DNA from: Patescibacteria group bacterium UBA6017
GTDB taxonomy: Bacteria > Patescibacteriota > Saccharimonadia > UBA4664
Reading direction: 5' to 3'
NCBI GenBank assembly: GCA_002429485.1
Contig: DIZX01000016.1
Coordinates: 14,889 to 78,888 of the forward strand
Length of the DNA: 64,000 nt
Part shown: positions 18,891 through 29,298 of the stretch, piece after piece
Numbering within the stretch: the stretch's first letter is position 1
Layout of the letters: every line of letters starts with the position of its first letter
Translations under genes and position numbers: made by a program
The notes under the pieces: model-generated
Told to the model about the DNA's origin: nothing
Databases searched by the model: none
Seen by the model: the letters and a program-made list of their open reading frames with translations, nothing else

Positions 18891-19773
18891 ACTCCTACTT
18901 GTTTCCGTTGCCAGTACAATGCTCATACCTAGTCTCGCTGCCGCCAGAAACGGTGCCGATGATGCCCAGGCTGCCACCCCAACCACGAGTCCCGAGGTTC
19001 ACAGTACGTCCGGCGATTCCGGCTCCGGTAAGGTTGAGCGTCTACCCGATGCTACCCCGAGGGTCAAGGTTGAAGGCGGACAGTTCTGTCTGCGCTTCAC
19101 CGATGCCACCGGCACTGTGAGCTCTGAGACTTCCGATCGCTTCAACAAGCTCAACGATAACTTTGCGACCCGTGGCCAGAAAATTGATTCTGACTTCGCG
19201 GAACTTTCTCAGAAGCAGGGGCAAAATCGAGCAGAGGCAAATTCCAAGCTCACCACCAAATTCGCCGAACTCGACGCCAAAGCCACCACCGCTGACCAAA
19301 AAGCTGCCGTAGCTCAGTACAAGGCGAGCGTGCTTGCCGCCGTGGCCAAGCGCCGCGCCGCCGTGGATGCCGCTAATGATACCTTCAAAGCCGGTTTACT
19401 CCTCGCCGTGACCGACCGCCAAGCCAAGCTCAAGGCCGCCGCTACTACGTATAAGTCCGCTGTAGCCGCCGCCCTGGCGAGCGCCAAATCCAGCTGCGCC
19501 GCCGGTACCGCTCCAGCAACGGTTCGCACCAACCTCAAGGCTGCCCTCGACGTCGCCCGTGCCAACCTGGAAACCGCCCGCAAGTCGGTCGAGAAGGTCG
19601 GACCAAACCTTGACACCCTCAAGGCCGCCCGCAAGGCCGCCGTCGATAAGGCCAACGCCGACTTCAAGGCTGCCGTTCAAGCTGCTCTCGCTAAGCTCAA
19701 GGCCGCTCTCGGTGTCACCGCGAGCAACTCACCTGAGGCCTCGCCGAGTTCATCGCCCGTCTCCACACCGTAG
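18874..19773 (+). CDS. Secreted Ala/Lys-rich helical protein
   Basis: GGAGG RBS and GTG start, signal peptide, internal repeat (RAAVDAANDTFKA / KAAVDKANADFKA). Confidence 0.75.
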   Translation: MRTLSRLLLVSVASTMLIPSLAAARNGADDAQAATPTTSPEVHSTSGDSGSGKVERLPDATPRVKVEGGQFCLRFTDATGTVSSETSDRFNKLNDNFATRGQKIDSDFAELSQKQGQNRAEANSKLTTKFAELDAKATTADQKAAVAQYKASVLAAVAKRRAAVDAANDTFKAGLLLAVTDRQAKLKAAATTYKSAVAAALASAKSSCAAGTAPATVRTNLKAALDVARANLETARKSVEKVGPNLDTLKAARKAAVDKANADFKAAVQAALAKLKAALGVTASNSPEASPSSSPVSTP

Positions 19774-19793
19774 CCTACCCGCTACGTTCATCA

Positions 19794-19823
19794 AAAAACC
19801 TCCCGCTTGATCGGGAGGTTTTT
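19794..19823. terminator. Bidirectional terminator
   Basis: AAAAACCTCCCG-CTTGAT-CGGGAGGTTTTT between convergent genes. Confidence 0.88.
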
Positions 19824-19843
19824 AAATTAACAAAATCAGATTG

Positions 19844-21151
19844 TTACGAGCGAATCTCGAAATCTGCTCCCAAGGCTTTGAGCTTGTCCCACAGATTTTC
19901 GTAACCCCGTTCGAGGTGGTGAATGCCGGTGAGCGTCGTTTCGCCGTCGGCTACCAGAGCAGCAATCACCTGTGCCATGCCGGCTCGGATATCGGGGATC
20001 TCCACAGCTGCACCGTGCAGCGGCGTAGCCCCCATGATCACGGCCGAGTGCCGCTGTGATCGGTTGCGGAACCGGCAGGGCAGCTCGCCGAGGCATTTGG
20101 CGAATACACCGATGTCGGCTCCCATGCGGCGCAGATCTTCGGTGTAGCCGAACCGGTCTTCGTAGACCGTCTCATGCACCACCGATATGCCCTTGGCTTG
20201 GGTGAGTGTAACCACGGTTGGCTGCTGCCAGTCGGTCGCGAACCCCGGGTAGGTGTCGGTCTCGAGCTCGATACCGACCAGTCCGCCATTCCCGCGCCGG
20301 AAACGTATCCATTCGGGGGTTACTTCGAAGTCGCCCCCGATACGCTTAATGGTGTTCAGGAATGTCACGAGTTCGCTCTGGCGGGCGCCTTCCACGATGA
20401 TTTCACCGCCGGTCGCGATAGCCAGGTTGGCAAACGATGCCGCCTCCAGCCGGTCGGGTATGACTTCGTAGCTTACTCCGTGCAGACGCTTTACGCCGTC
20501 GATCGTGAGAGTACGGTTGGCGCCAAACTCAATAATTGCACCCATCTGCTGCAAAAATTTCACGATGTCGACAATTTCCGGCTCCACGGCGGCATTCTCA
20601 ATCCGGGTGCGGCCCGAGGCTAAGACGCCGGCCAAAATAATCGTCTCGGTCGCGCCGATGCTAGGATAGGGGAGTACAATGGTGGCTCCGCGCAGCCCGC
20701 CCTTTGGTGCACGCGCCTTGTAGCTGCCTTCCGCCTCCTCGATCACGGCTCCCATTTGTATCAGAGCCTGAAGGTGGAAATCTACCGGCCTGGGCCCGAT
20801 TGCGTCGCCGCCTACTCGCGGTACCTCCGCCTCACCCGAACGATGCAGCAAGGGCGCAATCGCCAGGATCGAAATTCGGTTGGCCCGGGTCATTTTAGCC
20901 ACCTTAGTGCTGACGATTTTCGGGGTCTGGATCACAATTCGGCTGCCCTCCCGACGCACGTGCGCACCAATTGCAGCGCAAATCTCGGACGTAATCGATA
21001 TCTCCTCAATTTGCGGACAGTTGTCGAGAGTAACCTCTTCATCGGTCAAGAGGCTGGCAACCATCATCTTTGATGCTGCATTTTTTGCTCCGGCTACTCG
21101 AACGCGGCCCGACAGCGGACGTCCCCCTCGGATATGAAGTGTTTTGGTCAC
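19844..21151 (-). CDS. murA: UDP-N-acetylglucosamine 1-carboxyvinyltransferase
   Basis: GAKNA, GGDAIGPRPVDFH (Asp at the usual Cys position), SIGATE, PDRLEA, YPGFATD, DIRAG. Confidence 0.95.
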   Translation of the reverse strand: MTKTLHIRGGRPLSGRVRVAGAKNAASKMMVASLLTDEEVTLDNCPQIEEISITSEICAAIGAHVRREGSRIVIQTPKIVSTKVAKMTRANRISILAIAPLLHRSGEAEVPRVGGDAIGPRPVDFHLQALIQMGAVIEEAEGSYKARAPKGGLRGATIVLPYPSIGATETIILAGVLASGRTRIENAAVEPEIVDIVKFLQQMGAIIEFGANRTLTIDGVKRLHGVSYEVIPDRLEAASFANLAIATGGEIIVEGARQSELVTFLNTIKRIGGDFEVTPEWIRFRRGNGGLVGIELETDTYPGFATDWQQPTVVTLTQAKGISVVHETVYEDRFGYTEDLRRMGADIGVFAKCLGELPCRFRNRSQRHSAVIMGATPLHGAAVEIPDIRAGMAQVIAALVADGETTLTGIHHLERGYENLWDKLKALGADFEIRS

Positions 21152-21215
21152 GAGAATTATTACCTTTCAATGCTAATCATACCGTATAGTGCTTGGCTGG
21201 GGTAGAATATCTAAT

Positions 21216-22517
21216 ATGAAATCACACGTTCGCCGTTTCATTGCCAGCCTTTTCGAGCAGCAAGTCCACCGCCTCGTTATTCGTCACCATCTCAAAGTGG
21301 TCGCCGTTGGCGGAAGTGTGGGTAAAACTTCCACCAAAACTGCCATTGCTACCGTCTTGAGTGAAAAGTACCGCACCTTGGTTCATCCCGGAAACTACAA
21401 TTCCGAGCTCGGGCTGCCGCTGTCGGTGTTTGAGCTTTCCGTGCCCGGAAACTTACTCAACCTCTTCGCCTGGGCCTGGCGCCTAATCCAATCGGAGTGG
21501 CAGATCTACAGCTATCCCTATGATGTCATCGTGCTCGAACTCGGTACCGATCACCCCGGCGAAATTCCGCTGTATTTGCGCTATCTCAGTCCTGACATCG
21601 GCGTGCTGACTGCCCTCACTCCCGAGCATATGGAGAATTTTCCGGATGGGCTAGATCAGGTCGCCGTCGAAGAGCTCACTCTTGCTTCTGCCTCCAAAAT
21701 TTTCTTGGCCAACCTTGACGAAATTCCGGCCAAATACCGCCGCAAATACATCGACGCTCATCCGCACCATCATTACTACGGCCTCGATAAAACCGCCGAG
21801 TATGGCTTCGAGATGATCAGCACCGACCCTCAGACCGGAACTAGCGGCCAGCTCATCCACGCGGGCCATAAGGTGATCGAGGACCTTAAAATCGGCCTCT
21901 TTGGCGCCCATAGTATGAAAGCTGCCGTGGCCGCCTACGCGGTAGGGGATTTACTCGGCCTTTCCAAACATCAGATTGAAGCAGGCTTGGCCAAGCTCCA
22001 GCCGGTAGCTGGACGCATGAACCCGCTGGCCGGCCTAAATGGCGCAACTATTATCGATGACACCTACAATTCCAGTCCCGATGCCGCCATTGCCGCTCTG
22101 GCCTCAATCTCAGATGCCGCTGTCTCTGGCCGCCGTATCGCCATTCTCGGTTCCATGAATGAGCTCGGGTCGGATTCTCCCGGCTACCACGAGCAAGTGG
22201 GCGAGGCGGCCGCCGGAGTGGACCTGCTGATAACTATCGGTGCGGTCGCTACCCAGCACCTGGGGCCGGCCGCCGTTCGGGCGGGCCTCGACCCAACCCG
22301 TTTCATGCCCGCTATTTCGCCCTATGCCGCCGGCGAGCACGTGAAGCTCCTCCTCTCGCCCGGCGACATCGTCCTCGTGAAAGGTTCTCAGAATGGTGTC
22401 TTCGCCGAAGAGGCGGTAAAAATATTGTTGGCCGATCCATCCGACGCCGGCAAACTCGTACGCCAATCACCTGCCTGGCTTCATGTTAAGGCCAAGCAAT
22501 TCCCGGATGCTCCCTAG
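21216..22517 (+). CDS. murF: Mur ligase, MurF-type
   Basis: GSVGKTSTK, NYNSELGLP, IIDDTYNSSP, LGSMNELG, VKGSQ. Confidence 0.88.
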   Translation: MKSHVRRFIASLFEQQVHRLVIRHHLKVVAVGGSVGKTSTKTAIATVLSEKYRTLVHPGNYNSELGLPLSVFELSVPGNLLNLFAWAWRLIQSEWQIYSYPYDVIVLELGTDHPGEIPLYLRYLSPDIGVLTALTPEHMENFPDGLDQVAVEELTLASASKIFLANLDEIPAKYRRKYIDAHPHHHYYGLDKTAEYGFEMISTDPQTGTSGQLIHAGHKVIEDLKIGLFGAHSMKAAVAAYAVGDLLGLSKHQIEAGLAKLQPVAGRMNPLAGLNGATIIDDTYNSSPDAAIAALASISDAAVSGRRIAILGSMNELGSDSPGYHEQVGEAAAGVDLLITIGAVATQHLGPAAVRAGLDPTRFMPAISPYAAGEHVKLLLSPGDIVLVKGSQNGVFAEEAVKILLADPSDAGKLVRQSPAWLHVKAKQFPDAP

Positions 22518-22702
22518 CCCTTCGTGAAATTACGTAGAAAATGCCGACCTACCTAGGTCAGTTTTACTCTTTTCAGAAGAGTAAAATGAGGACACCATGA
22601 CAAAACCCCTGCAAATTCCAGCCAAATAAAGCGGCCCGCTCCGTCTGCCGAATAAATCTGGCAGACAGAGCGGGCGTAATGCGAAAGCGATGACTCAGGG
22701 TT

Positions 22703-23194
22703 TCACTCGAGTCGAGCCTCAAAGTCGAGAAGCCTATGTTCCATAGGAGGTGCCTCGTGCTCGGTCCAGTAGATCTGGGCCAGCATGATGTACTTGCAGG
22801 CGCCGGCGCCGAAGCGCGACTCTATGCAGTTGCACGACCAACAGTTGCCAGGTCCAGAGGACACTGCGTGGGAGGGCTTGCCGTCGATAGAGATCGCCAG
22901 CGTGGTGTTCGGGTTCACGCGGTAGTGCTTGGGCAGCATGCTCAGAACATCTCCGAACACGATCTCGACGTAGTCGAGCCTGCCCCTCTGCGCATAGTCC
23001 TGGAGCAATCGAACGACGGTTCCTCGCTCAGCCGGGGTGAGATCGAAGAAGCCATCGCAGGCATCGGGGTTCTCGTCCAGTATGTCGCCCAGCTCGAGAT
23101 GCCAGGCAATTGCGCGGAGGTTACTTCCCTCCAAGGCCGGTGAGACAAATCCAGGGAGAACGGGATCGGTTGAGTATATCGTCGGTGAGGTCAC
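22703..23194 (-). CDS. Hypothetical protein with SWIM-like zinc motif
   Basis: WSCNC...ACKYI; hairpin 22634-22675 downstream on the minus strand. Confidence 0.55.
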   Translation of the reverse strand: MTSPTIYSTDPVLPGFVSPALEGSNLRAIAWHLELGDILDENPDACDGFFDLTPAERGTVVRLLQDYAQRGRLDYVEIVFGDVLSMLPKHYRVNPNTTLAISIDGKPSHAVSSGPGNCWSCNCIESRFGAGACKYIMLAQIYWTEHEAPPMEHRLLDFEARLE

Positions 23195-23320
23195 AGAATT
23201 TCCTATCGAGAGAAGGACGTTCGAACTTGCACATTATTGAGCATTACCATTAAATAATCAAATTGCCAAAAGCCCTAGAACTAGCCACAAATTGAAATCC
23301 CTCTATAATAAAGTCCATAT

Positions 23321-26119
23321 ATGAAAAAATACGATCCCAAGACTATTGAACCCAACTGGCAGCAAACCTGGGCCGACACTAAGCTATATGCTGCCGTCAC
23401 GGGCGATACCGCTCGCGAAAAATACTATATGCTCACCGAATTTCCGTATCCTTCCGGCGCCGGTCTTCACGCTGGGCATACCCGCGAATATACCCTCGGC
23501 GATGTAATAGCCCGCCACAAACGCATGCAGGGCTTCAACGTGCTCTATCCTATGGGTTACGACGCTTTCGGTTTGCCCACAGAAAATTTCGCCATCAAGC
23601 ACAAAATCCGCCCCCAAGACGCCACTAGCCAAAATGTCGAGGTCTTCCGCCAGCAATTCGATTCCCTCGGCCTTAGCTTCGACTGGGATCGCGAGGTCAA
23701 CACTACCCACCCCGATTACTACCGCTGGACGCAGTGGCTATTCCTTAAATTCCACGCCGCCGGCCTCGCCTATCAAGCTGAAATGCCCATCAACTGGTGC
23801 CCGAAAGAAAAAACCGGTCTCTCCAACGAAGAAGTGGTCGACGGCAAGCACGAGCGCTGCGGCACCCCGGTCGAAAAAAAGCTCATCAAGCAATGGATGC
23901 TCAAAATCACTGCCTACGCCGACCGCCTCATCGAGGGTCTCAAGACCGTCGATTACCCCAGCCGCATCGCCGACCAGCAAGTCAACTGGATCGGCCGCTC
24001 CGAAGGCGCCGAGATTGATTTCTTGGTGGGGGAGTCGGGTGTGGCACCCAAAGACAGCCTCAAATTCACCCCCGAGCTTACCAAACTCGTCCTTGACGGC
24101 AGCAAAACCAACACCGTCCGCCTTGAGCCCAAAAACCTCCAAGTGGGCGACATTGCCAGCCTCATTACGCGATTGAGCCCCACCGACACTCAGGTTTTTG
24201 CCCAGGCCAAAGTGACCAAAATTGAAACAATGCCGCTCGGTCAAATTCCGCTCGACCTCGACGGGCACGAACCGTTCGCTTCTACCGACGAGCAGCTGGC
24301 CGCCTATCGCGGCTATTACGGCGACACGGTTGGATTCGATACCGAGTTCACGATCTACTATTTTGACTCGGTCCAGCCCACCGTCACCGTCTACACCACC
24401 CGCCCCGACACCCTCGCCGGCGCAACTTTCTTGGTGCTCGCTCCTGAGCATGCTGCGGTTGCCCAAATCACTACTCCCGACCAGCGTTCCCAGGTCGAAG
24501 CCTACGTTAAAAAGGCTCAGGGTGAATCCGAAATCGACCGTCAAAACACCGACCGCACCAAAACGGGCGTTTTCACCGGAGCCTACTCCGCGAACCCCAT
24601 TACCGGCGCCAAAGTACCAGTCTGGATTGCCGACTACGTCCTCGCCAGCTACGGCACCGGCGCCATCATGGCTGTCCCTGCCCACGACGAGCGCGATTTT
24701 GCCTTTGCCAAAGCCTTTAAGCTGGATATTCAGCAAGTAGTCTCGGGCGATGATTTGCCCGCGGTGGCCACTGGCAAGCTCATCAATTCCGGACAGTTCG
24801 ACGGGCTCGAGGGTGCCGAGGCCAAGCGGGCTATCGTCAAATATCTCGAGGACAAAGGCAGCGCCAAGACGGCCGTCAAATACAAACTCCGCGACTGGAT
24901 CTTCTCCCGCCAGCATTACTGGGGCGAGCCCATTCCGATCGTCCACTGCGAACACTGCGGCGCCGTGCCAGTGCCCGAGGATCAGCTGCCTATAACTTTG
25001 CCCGACGTGGAGCACTATGAACCTACCGAAACGGGGGAGTCCCCGCTCGCCGCCATCACCGACTGGGTCAATACTGCCTGCCCGAAGTGCGATAAACCCG
25101 CCAAGCGCGAGACCGACACAATGCCCAACTGGGCGGGTTCGAGCTGGTATTATCTGCGCTATATGGATGCCCATAATGACCAAGCCTTTGCGAGTCCTGA
25201 AGCCCTCAAATACTGGGGTGAGGTCGATTTGTATCTCGGCGGCATGGAGCACACCACGCTCCACTTGCTCTACTCGCGCTTCTGGCACCAATTCTTTTAC
25301 GACCAGGGCCTAGTGCCCACCCCCGAGCCCTACGCCGCCCGCCGCGGCCAAGGCATCGTGCTGGCCGCCGACGGCCGTAAAATGAGTAAATCCATCGGCA
25401 ACGTAGTGAATCCCACCGATATCATTGCCAGCTATGGCGCCGACACGCTGCGCCTCTACATCCTGTTTATGGCCCCCTACGACGAAACCACCCCTTGGAG
25501 CGAAGAGCGCCTGGCTGGTGCTTCGAGGTTTGTGTGGCGCGTTTGGGCGCTCGCCCAGGAGCTCATTGAGGCTCATGCCTTCACTCGAGCCATGAAGCCC
25601 GGCCCCGGCGACGCCTTCGAAACCGAAGTCGACCGTGCTACCCACAAAGCCATCAAAAAGGTCCACGATGAGCTGGGCGGCATGCGCTTCAATACCGCCG
25701 TCAGCGCCCTCATGGAATACGTGAATTTCCTCTCAGATGCCAAAACCAAGGCTCGTTTGCTCGAGCCGGCATCGGCCGCCCTAGCTTGGCGCGCCCTCAA
25801 TACCCTCGTCCAACTCCTCGCCCCTATTACCCCGCATATGTCCGAAGAGCTCTGGCACCAACTTGGCTACCCGGGCAGTGTGCACGTGGCCGGCTGGCCC
25901 GAGTATGACCCCGAGCTCATCAAGGACGACGTGGTGGTGATTGTGGTGCAGGTGAACGGCAAGGTGCGGGCCAATTTAGCTATGACACCCGACGCTACCC
26001 AGTCCGAGTTAGCTGAGGCCGCCAAGGCCGACCCCAATGTGGCCAAATACCTTCAAGACGGCCAACTGCTCAAGACCATCGTCGTTCCGCGCAAGCTCGT
26101 AAATTTCGTCGTAAAGTAG
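23321..26119 (+). CDS. leuS: Leucine--tRNA ligase with an inserted domain
   Basis: FPYPSGAGLHAGH, TTRPDT, GTGAIMAVPAHDERD, KMSKS, VQVNGKVR. Confidence 0.97.
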   Translation: MKKYDPKTIEPNWQQTWADTKLYAAVTGDTAREKYYMLTEFPYPSGAGLHAGHTREYTLGDVIARHKRMQGFNVLYPMGYDAFGLPTENFAIKHKIRPQDATSQNVEVFRQQFDSLGLSFDWDREVNTTHPDYYRWTQWLFLKFHAAGLAYQAEMPINWCPKEKTGLSNEEVVDGKHERCGTPVEKKLIKQWMLKITAYADRLIEGLKTVDYPSRIADQQVNWIGRSEGAEIDFLVGESGVAPKDSLKFTPELTKLVLDGSKTNTVRLEPKNLQVGDIASLITRLSPTDTQVFAQAKVTKIETMPLGQIPLDLDGHEPFASTDEQLAAYRGYYGDTVGFDTEFTIYYFDSVQPTVTVYTTRPDTLAGATFLVLAPEHAAVAQITTPDQRSQVEAYVKKAQGESEIDRQNTDRTKTGVFTGAYSANPITGAKVPVWIADYVLASYGTGAIMAVPAHDERDFAFAKAFKLDIQQVVSGDDLPAVATGKLINSGQFDGLEGAEAKRAIVKYLEDKGSAKTAVKYKLRDWIFSRQHYWGEPIPIVHCEHCGAVPVPEDQLPITLPDVEHYEPTETGESPLAAITDWVNTACPKCDKPAKRETDTMPNWAGSSWYYLRYMDAHNDQAFASPEALKYWGEVDLYLGGMEHTTLHLLYSRFWHQFFYDQGLVPTPEPYAARRGQGIVLAADGRKMSKSIGNVVNPTDIIASYGADTLRLYILFMAPYDETTPWSEERLAGASRFVWRVWALAQELIEAHAFTRAMKPGPGDAFETEVDRATHKAIKKVHDELGGMRFNTAVSALMEYVNFLSDAKTKARLLEPASAALAWRALNTLVQLLAPITPHMSEELWHQLGYPGSVHVAGWPEYDPELIKDDVVVIVVQVNGKVRANLAMTPDATQSELAEAAKADPNVAKYLQDGQLLKTIVVPRKLVNFVVK

Positions 26120-26125
26120 CCGATA

Positions 26126-26797
26126 GTGGCATCCCGCCCAGTCAACGACACTGCCACCAGTCACTACGCCATTTTGGGCGTTTCCAGAGGTGCTTCTATC
26201 GGTGACATCAAGCGTGCCTACCATGCTAAGGCCAAGTCGGCCCACCCTGATGCCGGCGGCAACGTGGCTGCTATGTCTCGCGTTAACGTTGCCTACAAGA
26301 TTCTCAGCGATCCCATTACCCGCCGCGACTACGACGCCGATCAAGCGGCCGCTGTACGCCATCATAATCAACCTTCGGCATCGTCGGCAGCCGCTCACGA
26401 GCCATCCCGATCCCAGCCGCAACGGCCTCGTGAGCAACCGATATACACCGATACTAGGGCCGATCAGGTTGACCGCGATCGAGCAGCATGGGCCAGACGT
26501 TCGGCCTGGGAAATGCTGCGCTTTACCACTCCGTTAGCCTTGGGCGCCATCATTATCCGGTTGTTCTTAACCACATATATTAGCGGCACGTCGGTAGTGC
26601 TCATTTTTAGTCTCATCACCTTCTTGCCGGTGTATCTGTTTGCCCTAAGCATAATTTTTATTACCGATCCTAGCCTACGCCTCGTGTTTGCCGACCTGGT
26701 CCGTCGTCATCCCACCACCAAGCACGATCGGACCGGCGCTCTGGCGGTCGTGCTGGCATTCTTGCCTCTGGCGGCCATCTGGGCGATTTGGCGATAA
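26126..26797 (+). CDS. J-domain membrane protein
   Basis: HYAILGV...HPD...AYKILSDP; C-terminal TM helices. Confidence 0.85.
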   Translation: MASRPVNDTATSHYAILGVSRGASIGDIKRAYHAKAKSAHPDAGGNVAAMSRVNVAYKILSDPITRRDYDADQAAAVRHHNQPSASSAAAHEPSRSQPQRPREQPIYTDTRADQVDRDRAAWARRSAWEMLRFTTPLALGAIIIRLFLTTYISGTSVVLIFSLITFLPVYLFALSIIFITDPSLRLVFADLVRRHPTTKHDRTGALAVVLAFLPLAAIWAIWR

Positions 26798-26879
26798 GCT
26801 TACGGCACTAGCAGCATCCAGATAGGGAGTGGTGTATAGTTGGGGTCGTCCGTACAACAACCCCCGACCTTAGGAAATC

Positions 26880-27206
26880 ATGTCAACCTCACGAGATTTT
26901 GGGCCATGCTGCCTATCGCCCGTCCAAGCCGCAGCGATGGGATTGCTGGCAATCGGCACTTACCCCGACCGGCGGACTTATCTGCACGTTCTTGATGGCA
27001 AATTCGGCCTCTCGCGCGCAGATTGGAAAGGAGTCCTTGAGAGCCTTCGCTACTTCGATCTCGTAGATCATCGGCCATTCGCCCACAACCTCTGGTGCAT
27101 CCTCGGGCCGACGTATGGTCTCACCGAGGCTGGACTACATCTCGAGATCGACAACCGATTGGAGCTAAGCGACTATGCGATGAGTGTAACCTCTCACTCG
27201 GCGTGA
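26880..27206 (+). CDS. Hypothetical protein
   Basis: AGGA RBS; fills the intergenic gap; no recognised motif. Confidence 0.5.
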   Translation: MSTSRDFGPCCLSPVQAAAMGLLAIGTYPDRRTYLHVLDGKFGLSRADWKGVLESLRYFDLVDHRPFAHNLWCILGPTYGLTEAGLHLEIDNRLELSDYAMSVTSHSA

Positions 27207-27299
27207 CCCAATCGTGCAAGCCTCATCCCCGCATGTACGGACGAACGCTTCTTGGTAAATTGCCAGGAAGCGTTTTTCCATGTATATTTCCCACAAGTT

Positions 27300-27371
27300 A
27301 TGAGTATAAATACCCAAAACAACCTGCTGGCCCTGCTGCTGCCCCTGACCACCCCGGACGGTATCGTTTGA
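27300..27371 (+). CDS. Leucine-rich leader peptide
   Basis: MSINTQNNLLALLLPLTTPDGIV*, six CTG codons, directly upstream of leuA. Confidence 0.82.
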   Translation: MSINTQNNLLALLLPLTTPDGIV

Positions 27372-27402
27372 GCTTGAGCTAAAACCAAAAAAGCCAAAAC
27401 AC

Positions 27403-27431
27403 CTCCCGACCGGAAACGAGCGGGAGTTTTT
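27403..27431 (+). promoter_or_regulatory. Attenuator terminator of leuA
   Basis: CTCCCG-ACCGGAAACGAG-CGGGAG-TTTTT between the leader peptide and leuA. Confidence 0.82.
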
Positions 27432-27460
27432 ATTTATCAACATCATCACAAGGACATATT

Positions 27461-28951
27461 ATGAGCGACCAAATAATGATCTTCGACACCACCTTACGCG
27501 ACGGCGAGCAGGCCCCGGGCTGCCAACTCAACACTGTTGAAAAAATCGAGATTGCCCGCCAACTGGAAATTCTCGGCGTCGATGTGATCGAAGCCGGTTT
27601 CCCGATCTCGAGCCCCGGCGATTTTCAGAGCGTAGTCGAGGTCTCTAAGGCCGTATCCGTTCCCGTGATCTGCGCGCTCACCCGCGCCGTCCCGGGGGAT
27701 ATAGACGCCGCCGTAGAGGCCCTAAAATTTGCCAAACGCAAACGTATTCATACCGGCATCGGCGCCTCAGATATCCACATTCAACACAAATTTAACTCCA
27801 CCCGCGAAGATGTTTTGGCCCGCGGTGTCGCGGCCGTCAAGTACGCCCGGAAATTTGTCGAGGAAGTCGAATTTTACGCCGAAGACGCCGGCCGGGCCGA
27901 CAATGCCTATCTCGCTCAAATGATCGAGGCCGTGATCGCTGCGGGCGCCAGCTACGTCAATATCCCCGACACCACCGGCTACTGCACCCCCGATGAATTC
28001 GGCGCCAAGATCCGCTACCTGAAAGAGCACGTGAATAATATCGACCAGGCGATAATTTCCGTGCATTGCCACAATGATCTCGGTATGGCCACCGCCAACA
28101 CCATAGCTGCCATCCAAAATGGCGCCCGGCAAGTGCAAGTCACCATTAACGGCATCGGCGAGCGCGCGGGCAATACTTCGCTCGAAGAAATCGCCATGAT
28201 CCTCAAAACCCGCCAAGATCTCGCCGCCCATACCAACCTCGATACCACGAAAATTTATCCCACCAGCCGCCTCGTTTCGCGCCTCATGCGCATGCCGGTG
28301 CAGGCCAATAAGGCTATTGTCGGCCGCAATGCCTTTGCCCATTCCTCGGGCATTCACCAAAACGGCTTGCTCAAAAACCGCCTCACTTACGAAATAATGC
28401 AGCCCTCCGATATCGGCATCAAGGACAATTCCCTCGATCTCAGCGCCCGCAGCGGCCGCTCCGCGCTCAAGCATCACTTGGATCGCCTCGGGTATAGCCC
28501 TGAACCAACCGAGCTCGATGCGGTTTATCAGGAGTTCCTCGTGCTCGCCGACCGCAAAAAGCAAATCGCCGACGACGATTTGCGCCAACTCATGGGCGAT
28601 CACGCTGCCGCTGGCGGTATTGAAATTGTGGCCGTTGACGTTCATTCCGGCACTTCTATCGCCCCGAAGGCCACCGTAAAGCTCGCGGTAGGCGGCACCG
28701 AGCACCAGGCTACCGCCGCCGGCAACGGTCCCGTCGATGCTGCCTTCCGAGCGGTAAACGAGATCATTAAGCAGCCCGTAGTTCTTGAAGAATACCTGGT
28801 GCAAGCCATCACCCACGGCACCGACGATACCGGTAAAGTTCACGTGCAGCTGGCTCACAACGGCCACCTTTACTACGGTTTTGGCGCCGATACCGACATC
28901 ATCGTGGCCTCGGTGAAGGCCTATATTGACGCTCTGTCCAAATTAACCTAA
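27461..28951 (+). CDS. leuA: 2-isopropylmalate synthase
   Basis: [40 protein letters not shown] regulatory domain. Confidence 0.96.
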   Translation: MSDQIMIFDTTLRDGEQAPGCQLNTVEKIEIARQLEILGVDVIEAGFPISSPGDFQSVVEVSKAVSVPVICALTRAVPGDIDAAVEALKFAKRKRIHTGIGASDIHIQHKFNSTREDVLARGVAAVKYARKFVEEVEFYAEDAGRADNAYLAQMIEAVIAAGASYVNIPDTTGYCTPDEFGAKIRYLKEHVNNIDQAIISVHCHNDLGMATANTIAAIQNGARQVQVTINGIGERAGNTSLEEIAMILKTRQDLAAHTNLDTTKIYPTSRLVSRLMRMPVQANKAIVGRNAFAHSSGIHQNGLLKNRLTYEIMQPSDIGIKDNSLDLSARSGRSALKHHLDRLGYSPEPTELDAVYQEFLVLADRKKQIADDDLRQLMGDHAAAGGIEIVAVDVHSGTSIAPKATVKLAVGGTEHQATAAGNGPVDAAFRAVNEIIKQPVVLEEYLVQAITHGTDDTGKVHVQLAHNGHLYYGFGADTDIIVASVKAYIDALSKLT

Positions 28952-29010
28952 TTCACTTTTATGCGAGTTCTCCCAACTAACCCTCATTTAACTTCGGTTA
29001 ACGCCCATGT

Positions 29011-29111
29011 CGGACCTATGCCCATAATGGGACATCAAATTTTTCACAAAATATTTCCAGATACAAAATAACTTTTTCACAAGCCCATGTCCCATTATGG
29101 GCATAGGTCCG
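29011..29111. repeat. Perfect 25-bp inverted repeat with a 51-bp AT-rich spacer
   Basis: CGGACCTATGCCCATAATGGGACAT (29011-29035) and its exact reverse complement (29087-29111). Confidence 0.92.
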
Positions 29112-29298
29112 CAACGTGCATGCCCCCGGGGAAATATATATCTACATAACGCCCCAAAACGATCTATACGTGTATATTCCAAGATTTGCCAATATACACA
29201 ATAAACTCAAAGCGCGCACCCATTATAGGAATAATCCTAACCAACCCTACCATTTGCCAAACCACCCCAGATAAGATATAATCTCCCTCAAGAGTGCT

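Noticed and set aside
23738-25291. 517-aa antisense ORF inside leuS, and similar shadow ORFs opposite leuA, smc and the DndD-like gene
   Set aside because: Expected from codon bias on the coding strand; no motifs of their own.
29011-29111. dif/Xer site or IS ends
   Set aside because: No XerD-arm match, no TG...CA termini, no target duplication and no transposase; kept only as an unexplained repeat.
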